From NCBI GenBank assembly GCA_035253825.1, contig DATFBM010000044.1:3246-67245 (forward strand): 64,000 bases of DNA, read 5' to 3'. Of the stretch, positions 27,087 to 42,900 are shown one piece after another; the first letter of the stretch is position 1, and each line of letters starts with the position of its first letter. This stretch comes from Acidimicrobiia bacterium. GTDB taxonomy: Bacteria > Actinomycetota > Acidimicrobiia > Spongiisociales > ZC4RG35. Below the pieces are notes generated by a model. It was given only the letters and a program-made list of their open reading frames with translations. It made no database searches and had not been told where the DNA came from. The position numbers and the translations under genes are program-made.

Positions 27087-27988
27087 CCCATCGTGTCGAT
27101 CAACGAGGCCACGGAAGGAACTCGGTGCTTGGTCATCCAGGAGATCAATTCATCGAGCAAGCGGCGTCCGGCTCGAGGTTCGGCCATGTGGATTGTCCCC
27201 GCCGCCACCGCTTGCGCCCCGGCGATCAGGTATTCGGCGATGTCGGTGCCGCTGGTGACGCCACCACAACCGACAATCGGCATCTGCGGCAAGGCCCTTC
27301 GCACCTCGATGACGAAGCGGAGGGCGATCGGCTTCAAGGGCGGGCCTGAGTAACCACCCACGACTCCGCTGAGCTTGGGCTTTCGGGAGTCGAGGTCGAT
27401 TCCCGCCCCCCAGATGGTATTGGTCAAGGTAAGGAATTTCGCTCCTGCCTCCGCGCACGCTGCTGCTACCGGAACCGGGTCGATCAAATTCGGTGAGAGT
27501 TTCGCCCCCACTGGAAGCGACACCGCCCCGACGACCGATTCGACTACGTTGGCCGATGCTTCGGGATCAATGGAGAACATGTGCCCGTCGAGGTTGGGAC
27601 AAGAAAGGTTGACCTCGATCGCGGTCAACCCGCTGGCCTCGAGACCCTTGGCGACCAGGGCGAACTCCTCCGCCGTGTGCCCCACAGCCGAGCCCCAGAC
27701 CGGGACATCCAGCTCCACCAGCCGGGGCCCGATTTCGGTTCTCCACGCCTCGATCCCAGGGTTCTGAATCCCGATTCCATTGAGCATCCCGACCCCGGCC
27801 GGGGCCAGGCGGGGAGCAGGTCGGCCGCTCCAGGGTTCGCCGCTGACCGATTTCGCTACCGCCGCTCCGTAAGCCGTCAGGTCCGCCAAGCCCGAAAGCT
27901 CGATCACTGAACCCACTGTCCCCGATGCCGCGATCAATGGCGAGCGCAGCCGAAGCGGCCCCAGCCTGGTCGTCAGATCAGGTATCAC
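27083..27988 (-). CDS. pyrD: dihydroorotate dehydrogenase, class 1 catalytic subunit
   Basis: 301 aa: SPLIAASGTVG, NLSCPN (Cys catalytic base, which marks class 1), GGVTSGTDIAEYLIAGA. GTG start. No pyrK-like gene is adjacent. Confidence 0.88.
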   Translation of the reverse strand: MIPDLTTRLGPLRLRSPLIAASGTVGSVIELSGLADLTAYGAAVAKSVSGEPWSGRPAPRLAPAGVGMLNGIGIQNPGIEAWRTEIGPRLVELDVPVWGSAVGHTAEEFALVAKGLEASGLTAIEVNLSCPNLDGHMFSIDPEASANVVESVVGAVSLPVGAKLSPNLIDPVPVAAACAEAGAKFLTLTNTIWGAGIDLDSRKPKLSGVVGGYSGPPLKPIALRFVIEVRRALPQMPIVGCGGVTSGTDIAEYLIAGAQAVAAGTIHMAEPRAGRRLLDELISWMTKHRVPSVASLIDTMG

Positions 27989-28003
27989 CCGTCATTCCCG
28001 AAG

Positions 28004-28037
28004 CTGATATCTGATATCTGACGTCTGAAATCTGATC

Positions 28038-28038
<1 letters not shown>
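28004..28038. repeat. five tandem heptamers CTGAnnT (minus strand nnTCAGA) filling the carB-pyrD spacer
   Basis: ctgatat ctgatat ctgacgt ctgaaat ctgatct at 28004..28038. The last unit overlaps the carB stop codon (28038..28040). The tract is conspicuously AT-rich against its surroundings. Confidence 0.85.
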
Positions 28039-31260
<3,222 letters not shown>

Positions 31261-31268
<8 letters not shown>

Positions 31269-32397
31269 GATCCATCAACTCCACGAAGTCGTCGAAGAGC
31301 GCCACGGCATCCCGGGGCCCCGGGGCGGCCTCGGGGTGAAACTGCACCGAGAAGGCGGGCACGTCAAGGCTTCTCATGCCTTCGAGGGTGCCGTCGTTGA
31401 GGTTCTGATGGGTCGGGATGGCGGTTCCGAAGTCAGTTTCAACCCTCGCTGGTAGCTCACCGGGAATGCTGGACCCCTTGGCAACGGTGTGAAGGTCGAC
31501 CGCGAAGCCGTGGTTCTGACTGGTGATGACCACGCGGCCGTCCACCAGTCGCCGCACCGGATGATTGCCGCCGTGGTGGCCAAACGGCAACTTGAACGTT
31601 CGCGCTCCCAGCGCCAGACCGAAAACCTGGTGACCGAGACATATTCCGAAGATCGGGACTTTCCCAATCAGAGCCCGCAGAGTCGCCACCGTCTCGGTGA
31701 GCGGCTCGGGATCACCGGGGCCGTTGGAGAGAAAGACTCCATCGGGCCGTCGGTCAATGATCTCACCAGCCGTGGCCGTGGCGGGCACCACTTCAACGTC
31801 GAATCCCCGTCCCGCCAGCTGCCGGAGTATGTCGCGCTTGATTCCCAGATCAATCGCCACCACATTCCCTCGGCGATCGCCCATCGCCGGTATCTGGTAG
31901 GGGTGGGGGGTCGAAACCGAGACGGCGAGCGCCTGTCCCTCCATTTTCGGAGCGGATGCGGCGCGCGCCACCAAATCAGATTCGGTGGTTCCGCTACCTA
32001 AGGCCACCGGCATCGCCCCCCGTTGCCGGATGTGCCTGGTGAGCCGGCGGGTGTCGACCTCCGAGAGCGCCACCAGTCCCCGTTCGGCGAAAGTTTCGCC
32101 TAGTGAGCCTTCTGCTCTCCAGCTCGAGGGTCGGGCGGCCAGGCTTCGCATCACCATGCCGGCTGCCGCTGGGGCCGATGCTTGGTCATCAGTGGCGGCG
32201 ACCCCGTAGTTGCCGATATGGACCGAGGTCATCACCACCACCTGACCCGCATACGACGGATCGGTGAGAACCTCTTGGTAGCCGGTCATGGCCGTGTTGA
32301 ACACGACCTCACCGGTGCTCACCCCCTCGGCTCCGACGCTCACACCACGAAACACGGCGCCATCGGCCGTGGCCAGCAAGCCGGGCCGGGAGGGCAT
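31261..32397 (-). CDS. carA: carbamoyl-phosphate synthase small (glutaminase) subunit
   Basis: 378 aa: [29 protein letters not shown] catalytic Cys, FSVQFHPEA. 8-nt overlap with carB. Confidence 0.96.
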
Positions 32398-33655
32398 CAG
32401 GACACCAGAGCGTGAACGAGACGCCCCTCAAAAACGGTGGCCCGAACCCGTCCGGTCAACGTGAGCGAACGGAACGGAGAGTTCTCTGCCTTGGAGCGAA
32501 AGCCGTCGACAGTCCACTCCTCGGCGGGCGCGATCACCGTCAGGTTGGCAGGCTCGCCTGGGGCCAGTAGCCGTCCCTGGCGGGCGATTTGGCCGATCCG
32601 GGCCGGAGCAACCGACAGACGGTCAAAAAACCCCGCCTGATCGAGGTGGCAGTAGGTCAGCACTGCAGCGGCGGAGGTCTCGAGGCCGATTACTCCGCGG
32701 GGAGCTTCCTCGAAGGGGACTTCGGTTTCGAACGCTGAATGGGGAGCGTGATCGGTGGCAACGGCATCGATCAATCCCGAGCTCAAAGCTGCTCGCAACT
32801 CGCCTCGGTCTGTGGAGCTGCGCAGTGGCGGATACATCTTGAAAGCCGGGTCGAGAGAGCCAACGGCGGAGTCGTCGAAGGCGAGATGGTGCGGGGTGAC
32901 TTCGGCGGTCACCGGCAGGCCAGCCGCCTTGGCTGTGCCCACCAACCCGATACTGAGGGCACTCGACACATGCTGTACGTGATAGCGGCAGCCGGTCAGC
33001 CTGGTCAGGGCCAGGTCGCGGGCCACTACCACCTCTTCCGCTTCCGCCGGAATGCCTTTCATCCCCAGTCGCGAGGAGAGTGAACCCTCGTGCATATGGC
33101 CCCCAGCGCCGAGAGCCCGATCTTCGGCGTGCTGCGCCACCACTGCCCCGCGATCAGCCAGGTATTCCATCGCCACCCGTAAGAGGCCGGCATCGTGCAC
33201 GGAGTCACCGTCGTCGGTAAATACCCGCACCCCGGCCTCCCACAATTCGTCGAGATGCGAAAGCAGCGCCCCCTCGCGACCCATGGTGATGGAGCCGGCC
33301 GGAACCACCTCGCACAACCCCACCTGGTGCGACCGCTCGAGGATCAAGCGTGCGATGTGGCCGGAATCGACGGCCGGCTGGGTGTTGGGCATGGCCACGA
33401 CGGCGGTGTATCCCCCGGCCGCTGCGGCTTCCGACCCGGTCCGGATGTCTTCTTTCCATTCCTGGCCCGGTTCCCGAAGATGGGCGTGGAGGTCGACCAG
33501 GCCCGGTCCCACCCAGGCGCCCTCGGCATCAATTTCCTCGGCGCCGTCGCAGGAGCCGCCAACCGCCACGATTGCATTCCCGTCGATGGCCACGTCGGCT
33601 GCCTGCCCTCCGTCGGGGGTGAGCACCATTCCGTTGCGGATGACGAGCTGGTACT

Positions 33656-33659
<4 letters not shown>
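32397..33659 (-). CDS. pyrC: dihydroorotase
   Basis: 420 aa: GLVDLHAHLREPG, ATDHAPH; amidohydrolase fold. Lies between pyrB and carA. Confidence 0.93.
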
Positions 33660-35532
<1,873 letters not shown>

Positions 35533-35536
<4 letters not shown>

Positions 35537-36090
35537 ACCCGCGTGAGATAGGTTCCGCTGCGGGTATCGACTCGAATCTTGTCTCCGATGTTGACGAAGA
35601 GGGGGACCGACACGACCAACCCGGTCTGGGTCGTTGCTGGTTTGGTCGCAGCCGAGACCCTGTCACCACGAACTCCGGGCTCCGTGTAGGTGATTTCCAT
35701 CTCCACCGCGGCGGGTAGGTCGACCGAGATGGGATTGCCCTTGTAGAGGGCAAGGGTGACGTTCATTCCGTCGATCAAGAAATCGGCCGCCTCTCCCACC
35801 TCCTCCGGTGCCATGGCGAACTGTCCGTAATCCTCCAGGTTCATGAAATGAAATCCCATGTCATCGCGATACAAGAACGTGTGCTCCCGGCGGTCGATGA
35901 TGGCCTGAGCGACATCCTCTCCGGCGCGAAATGTCCGGTCGAGAACCTGGCCGGTTTCCAGGTTGCGCAGACGCATCCGAACAAACGCCCTCCCCTTGCC
36001 CGGCTTCACGTGTTGGTATTCGATGATGGTGAAGATCCCGTCATCGAGATCGAGAGCCTGACCCGGGCGGACGTCGTTGGTTGATGCCAT
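35533..36090 (-). CDS. efp: elongation factor P
   Basis: 185 aa: MASTNDVRPGQALDLDDGIFTIIEYQHVKPGKGRAFVRMRLRNL is canonical EF-P. Confidence 0.96.
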
Positions 36091-36097
36091 GTCAATG

Positions 36098-36103
36098 AAC
36101 CTA
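36098..36103 (-). promoter_or_regulatory. candidate -10 hexamer (TAGGTT) for a leaderless efp-nusB-pyr transcript
   Basis: The minus strand reads TAGGTT-CATTGAC-ATG: TANNNT 7 nt upstream of the efp ATG, with no SD. Confidence 0.4.
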
Positions 36104-36124
36104 CCGGTCGCGAGCCTAGAAGGA

Positions 36125-36934
36125 TCAGATGGCGTTGATCCAAGCAGCCAGCGGTCCGAAGCCGGATTGGATCAGAAACTGATGGCCACCAGTGGGGATG
36201 GAGACACGCTCGGCGTTTGGAAGTAGCTCTTGCCAGCGAACGGTGTCGGCGGGGATAACGTAACGGTCGTCAACCGCGTCAAGGATCAAGTTGGGCCACC
36301 TGACTGACAGAGAGCCAAGGGGTGCCAAGTCGGCAACCACACTCAGATCTTCCAACGTGGTCCACATCGTGTCGGCTCTCGCCGCGATCGATTGCCGGCC
36401 GTAGTCGGTGATAAGACCGGCCGGAAACCGCCGGCTGACCCGGGCGGCGACGCTCATCGCCGGCCAAACCGTTCGGAAGAGGCCGCTGGCCACTCGGCCC
36501 CGGCCACCGGGTGCCGCCTGAGCGATTCGGAGAGCGACGCCCGGCATCAGACCGGGGCGAGGAAAGAGCGCCGAGATCAACGCCAGGCCAGCTATTTCTT
36601 CCGGCCGCCTGGCTGCCCACAGCGCAGCCAACACCGCTCCCACCGAGTGACCTGCCAACACCGGCTTTCCCCCCACCCATCTCGCCAATTCATCGATGGT
36701 TTCGAGGTGGAAAGCGCGGTCGTAGCGGAGAGCTGGCTTATCCGAGGAGCCGAAGCCAGCTAGGTCCGGCGCCACCACAGTGAAGCGGTGGTCGAGAAAA
36801 TCAGAAAGGCCGTGCCAGTAGCGCCCTGATCCTCCGAGGCCGTGCAAGACGATCAGTGCCGGTCCCGATCCGGTCGTCCACACGTTCATCTTGCCCCAGG
36901 CGAAGGGGAGCTCGTTTCTGGTCCAGCCCTTCAC
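36125..36934 (-). CDS. alpha/beta-fold hydrolase
   Basis: 269 aa with the HGLGGSG oxyanion region and the GHSVG nucleophile elbow. The GTG start overlaps the stop of the giant upstream gene (GTGA). Confidence 0.8.
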   Translation of the reverse strand: MKGWTRNELPFAWGKMNVWTTGSGPALIVLHGLGGSGRYWHGLSDFLDHRFTVVAPDLAGFGSSDKPALRYDRAFHLETIDELARWVGGKPVLAGHSVGAVLAALWAARRPEEIAGLALISALFPRPGLMPGVALRIAQAAPGGRGRVASGLFRTVWPAMSVAARVSRRFPAGLITDYGRQSIAARADTMWTTLEDLSVVADLAPLGSLSVRWPNLILDAVDDRYVIPADTVRWQELLPNAERVSIPTGGHQFLIQSGFGPLAAWINAI

Positions 36935-39900
36935 TCGCCCAGGATCACCCTCGCCACATGCCGCTGACCATCGTCGGTGAGGCCAATCTCAGAGTCCGGC
37001 GGCTGTTCGACCTCGTCGAGCCACAAGCTCTTTATTCCCCGCGTCGCCCCCTCCGGGTTCTCGACCCGGATCTCATATTGCGAGGAGTGGTAACGAAAGT
37101 TGATCTCAAAGCCCCGCCACGCTCGGGGGATGCAGGGATCGATCAGGAGGCTCTGACCCCGAAGGCGAAAGCCGAGAATCGACTCAACGCCCGCGCGATA
37201 CATCCAGCCTGCCGCCCCCGTGTACCAGGTCCACCCACCCCTGCCCACGTGCGGTGCTTCTGAGTAGATGTCGGCGGCCGCTACGTAAGGCTCAACTCGA
37301 TAGCGATGGACGCCGGCTCGAGTGCTGGCGTGGTTGATCGGGTTCAAGATCCCGAACAGCTCACCGGCCCGGTCGCCCTGGCCGAGAGTGGCGAAAGCGA
37401 TGATCGCCCAAATGGCGGCATGCGTGTACTGGCCGCCATTCTCCCGGATCCCAGACAGGTATCCCTTGATGTACCCAGGGTCGACATCCCAGCGATCGAA
37501 GGGAGGCGTGAAAAGAAGCACCAAGCCGTCCCCTCGCCTGACCAAGTACTCCTCCACAGCCGACATCGCCCGTCCGGCTCGCTCTGGCTGGCCACCTCCG
37601 TGCATGACCGACCAGGACTGGGCGATGGAGTCGATCCGGCACTCGGGATTCGCCGAAGACCCGAGCGGAGTTCCGTCGTCGAAGAAAGCCCGCAGATACC
37701 AGTCACCGTCCCAGGCCACCGCCTCCAAGTGGCTTCGTATCTGCTCTGCCGAGCGCCGCCAACTCAAGGCCACCCGGCTCTTTCCGACCAAGTCAGCCAG
37801 CTCGGCCATGCGGCGCAGGTTGGCATCGAGAAACCACCCCAGCCAGACGCTTTCGCCCCGACCTTCGATTCCTACTCGATTGAAGCCATCATTCCAATCT
37901 CCAGAGCCGATCAGAGGCAGGCCGTTGGGTCCGAGGCGCTGGCGAGCGCGGTCGAGGGCGCGCCGGCAATGATCGAACATGGTCCCGGTGCGAGAAGAGA
38001 TCTCGGGTGTGAAGTAGGCCTCGTCCTCGTCGGGTTCTAGCTCCGGCCCAGTGAGATAGGGAACCTCCTCCGCCAGTAGGTCGAGGTCTCCTGTGACCTC
38101 GATGTAGTGCCCGACCGCATAGGGCAGCCAGAGATAGTCATCGGAAATCCGGGTCCGCACACCCTTGCCTGACGGCTCGTGCCACCAATGCTGGACGTCG
38201 CCTTCTTCGAACTGGCGGCTAGCGGCGCGGAGGAGGTGAGCCCGCGTGGTCTCCCGCATCGGCACTGCGAGGGCCATCACGTCTTGCAGTTGATCGCGGA
38301 ATCCGTACGCCCCGCCGGCTTGGTAGAAGGCCGATCGTCCCAGAACTCGACATGCCATGGCCTGATACAGCAGCCACTGATTGATCATGATGTCGAAGGA
38401 GCGATCCGGGGTTCTCACCTGGAGAGCACCGAGAACGTCGCTCCACCGGGTCCTTACCGCCTCGTCGACCTGGGCTTGGGGGACGGATCGATATTGCTCG
38501 ACCAAGGCCGATGCATGGGCGGCGTCTGTGCCTTGTCCCAGCAGGAACACGACCTCGATTTCGTCGCCGGGAGGGATAACGACCTGTCGTTGTAGAACCG
38601 CGCACGGATCGAACCCAGTGCCGGATCGACCTGAAAGACCACGTCGACGCTCGAGGGCAGCAGGGCGCTCGAGGCTCCCGTGTCGCCCGAGAAACTCAGT
38701 GCGGTCGGTGGTCCAGGGGCCGACCTCCGCCCCAAAGTCGGCGAAGGCCACCCGTGACCCGAAGTCGGCGTTCCAGGGGTTGCGAGCTATGAGAGCGCCG
38801 GTGCTGGTATCGCGTTCGCTAAAGATGTGGAACCGTTGGCCGACTCGGGTGGGCCCCAGCACCCATTCGACATAAGCGGTCAAGGTCAACCGCCGGCGGC
38901 GCCCGCTTCGATTTTGGAGACGAAGCGTCGAGATCTTCACCGGGTCATCGAGAGGCACGGTCATTCGTAAGCGGCTGCGGATGCCGAAGGAGGTGTGGTC
39001 GAACTCGGAGAACCCAGGTCCGTGGCGCACGACGTAGGTCGAGCCATGGTGGCGGATCGGGAGAGCGGTTGGCCCCCACAGCTCACCGGTTTCGTCATCC
39101 CGGATGTAGATGGTCTCGCCTGGCGGGTCGGATACCGGATCGTTCGACCAAGGCGTCAGCTGATTCTCCCGGCTGTTGCCGGCCCAGGTGAATCCTGCAC
39201 CCGACTCGGAGATGACAAATCCGGCATTGTCGTTGGCGATCACGTTGATCCAAGGAGCCGGAGTCCACTGACCTTCGCCGAGAATCACGACGTACTCGGA
39301 AGCTCCCTCGGAAAACCCACCGAGGCCGTTGCGAAACTCGAGGTCAATCCGGGGTTGTGGTCCTCCCGGTGATGGTGTTGGCGGCGCCTTGCGTCTCGAG
39401 GTCGCGGCAACCGGAGGCCGGGGGCGGCGGGCGAGTTGGTCGGCCAACGTCCCGTGGTGGCTCAACACGATCGCGCGGGCGGTCGCCTGCAGCAGCTTGC
39501 GGTCCGCGGCATCGAGAAGGTCGCCGCGAAAGAGGAAGACCCCCCCGTCGGGCTCGGGGCCGATGCCCCGCCCGGTGGTTCGCACCACCTCTTCGATGGT
39601 GGCATGGAGGTCGGCCACATAGGAGCCGGGCTTCTCGTTGATGATCACCAGGTCTGCAGCCAGTCCTTTGGCCCGCCAGTATTCCTGGGCTCGGAGGAGG
39701 TCGCGGACGATTCCCCTGTCCTCGGGTTGATCGATTCGGAGCAGGACCACGGGAAGATCTCCCGAGATGCTGTGGCGCCAGAGCGCCGGCTGGCCACCGA
39801 TGGCCGCCGCCAGGGTTGCCGAAGGTGCGCGCATCGACGGGTCGACGTAGATCAGCCGCTGGGCGAGTTGTTGGAAGAGGTGAGCCTGTTCCGGAGTGAC

Positions 39901-42900
39901 GCCGAGATGGTGCAATCGGACCTGGGCCTGCGTCCAAGACCCCGTCAAACTCTGTTCGAACGCCCCCGGATCCGAGAACTTGTCGACCAGATCGAGCGCC
40001 TCCGCCCGGGAGGTCGCCATCACGGTGCTGAAGGTGAGGTGAACGGTTTCCCCCGGCGGCACCCGAACCCGACGTCGCAGACTCAAGACCGGGTCAAGCA
40101 CCCGTCCCACCGAGTTCGACAGGGGACGATCGAGGGCGGCGGCCTCGTGGATCCGCCGTCCCCGGCCCAGAAAGCGAGCCCGGTCGGTCTCGAATTGAAG
40201 ACCGCCTACAACTTCACCTTTGATCGCCACTACCTGACCCGCCCAATAGGTTTCGTCACCAGCCGCTCGTGGTCGGCGATGGGCCAGGAGGGCATCGTGG
40301 CTGCCCACCGCCTCGGTTTGCACGAATAGGTTGGAAAAGGCCGGATGGGAGTCATCCGAGGACTGCGGTGCCAGCACCAATTCGGCATAAGAGGTGACTT
40401 CGACCTCTCGGGATGCGTTGTCGAGGTTGGTAAGGGTGAGGCGACGTACCTCTACCTCATCTTCGGCTGAGACCACCACCTCGAGAGTCGATCGCAGCGT
40501 TCCGTCACGCCGGCTGATTTCCGCCTTCCCCTCGGAAAACTCGACCTGATACGACTGGGGATTGACCCGGATGGGCTGATAACCGGCCGACCAGATCGCG
40601 TCGCTCAGGTCATCACGGATGAAAATGAACGTGCCGTAGTTGTCGAGGGTCAGGTCCTCTCGCCAGCGCGTCACCGCCACACCGCCGAGCTTGCTGTATC
40701 CCGAGCCACTGTCGGTGATCATCACCGAGTAGCGACCGTTCGAGAGCAGATGCGTCTCCGGTATCGCTCCATTCGGCAACCCGAGGTGTCGAACCGCCCC
40801 CTCGGCCTCCGTCCGCGGGTGAGCGGCCAGTGCCACCTCCTCGGCCCGCGGTCGAGCGACTTCGACGTCGCGAGGCACTCGTTCGTGCAGCAATAATTCG
40901 GCAGCCCGCACCGCCGGATCGGTGTGAAAGAGCTGGCGAATGACGCCACCGAAAACGACGTTGGCCAAGGCGATGATCGACATCGCTTGGTGATGTCCCA
41001 TGTGGGCCTTCACGGTCACCCATTCCTCGTCTTCGGGGACTCGCGACGGCGTGAAGTCCACGGACTCGTAAAACCCATAGCGACCGAGCGCCCCCATGGT
41101 CGCCAGCCGCTCGAGATTCTGCAGCGCTCGACGAGGATCGATCATCGCCGCCAGCATCGACGCGTAGGGAGCTACCACCAGGTCCTCTGAGAGTCCGCGC
41201 TCGAAGCCCAGGCCGGGCACTCCAAAGGCCGAATATTGATAGGTGAGCTGGAGGTCGCGAGCGGCAAAAGCGGCTTCGGAGATCCCCCAAGGCACACCTC
41301 GCTCCCGACCGTATTCGATTTGACGCCGCACCACTGCCCGGTAGGTCATGTCAAGCACGCTGTCGGTTGGTGAGTCCATTACCAAGAGCGGCATGAGGTA
41401 CTCGAACATGGAGCCCGACCAAGAGATCAGGGCAGCATCCGCGCCAACCGGAGTCATCGAACGATTGAGGAGAAACCAGTGCGACGGAGGAAGGTCACCT
41501 TTGGCGATTCCGATAAAGCTGGCTAATCGAGCCTCCGAGGCGAGGAGGTCGTAATGGCTTTGATCGAGTGCTCCGTCGCTCAGCCGGTAACCAACCGAAA
41601 GCAACTTGTTCTGCTGGTCCATCAGGAACCCGAAGTCCATTCCGGTGGCCATCTCTACGGCCCAAGCCGATATCGAATGCAGTCGAGTCCCAATCTCCTC
41701 AGCGCTGACGTCTTGATCGAGTTCGTGGCTATCGACGAGCCTCTGGAGCGCCGTCGCCCACTCCAAGAGCTCTCCCGTCTCGATCCCTGCCCCTAGGGTC
41801 TGGACGATGTCAACGACGTTGTCGGCGGCTGCGGCGACCGTGACTAGCCGATTGCTATCCGACTCGCTGGCCGCCAAGAGGTCGATCAGGGCCTGATCGA
41901 GATCACGGGGGGAGACGAACTCGGTGTCGAGGCGATCGACCATTTGATCGGCCGTCTGACGGATCAGAAGGGCGAGGTCGCGGACTTCAAGGGCCAGATC
42001 CGAGGGGCGCCCAACGAGGCGCAGGCAGCCCTGAGAAAGCGCTAATAGATGTCCGGCCAGGTTGCCGGAATCAACCGAGGAGATGTAACGAGGATGTAGT
42101 GGCTCGAGGGTGCGGGTGTCGTACCAGTTGAGGAAGTGGCCTCCGTGGCGCTCGAGACGGAACATGGCTGCCATCGTCTGCTCCCACCGAGTGATGGCCT
42201 CCACGGTGCCGATCCAGCCGAATTCCCTGGCCGATAACACCGAGAGGAGATAGAGGCCCAGGTTGGTGGGCGAGGTCCGATGGGCGATCGCCGCCGGCTC
42301 CTCCTGGAAGTTGTCTGGCGGCAGATAATTGTCCTCGGCCGTCACAAAGCGCTCGAAGTAGCTCCAGGTTTTCCGGGCGAGCAACCGGAATGCCTCCACC
42401 TCGGATACCTCGAGTGGTGCCGTCGGGGCGGGCCGCCTGGTCTTGCTCGCCTCATGGGCCAAATATGGAGCAGCCACCCAGGCCGCAGCCAGCGGTGTCG
42501 CCACCCAAAGCGCAACGGGCTTGGCCAAGGCCGCGGCCGCAATGGCCGCCAGCCCCAGAAGCGCCGGCGGGGCCATCCGCTTTTGGAATTCGGCGAGTTC
42601 AAGACCAAAACGACGCTCAGCCTCTTCCGAGGTCATCCAGCGGAGCAGATGTCGTTTCGAGACCAGCATCCGCCAAAGGGTGGTGAGAATCGCATCCGCC
42701 ATCACCAGCGCCTGATAGGCCAGGAACGAAATCTGGAGCCCGATCCGACCGAGAACCCGACCGGTATCTTCCAACCAGCGCTGGAATCTGATCGCTCCCG
42801 GTGTGGTGGTTCGGCGTGGGACCAATCGTTCGAGCAGGGGAAGCATGGCCGGAAAGGCCAATGCAGCGATAACAAGAATCACCGGTGACCAGAGAGGAAC

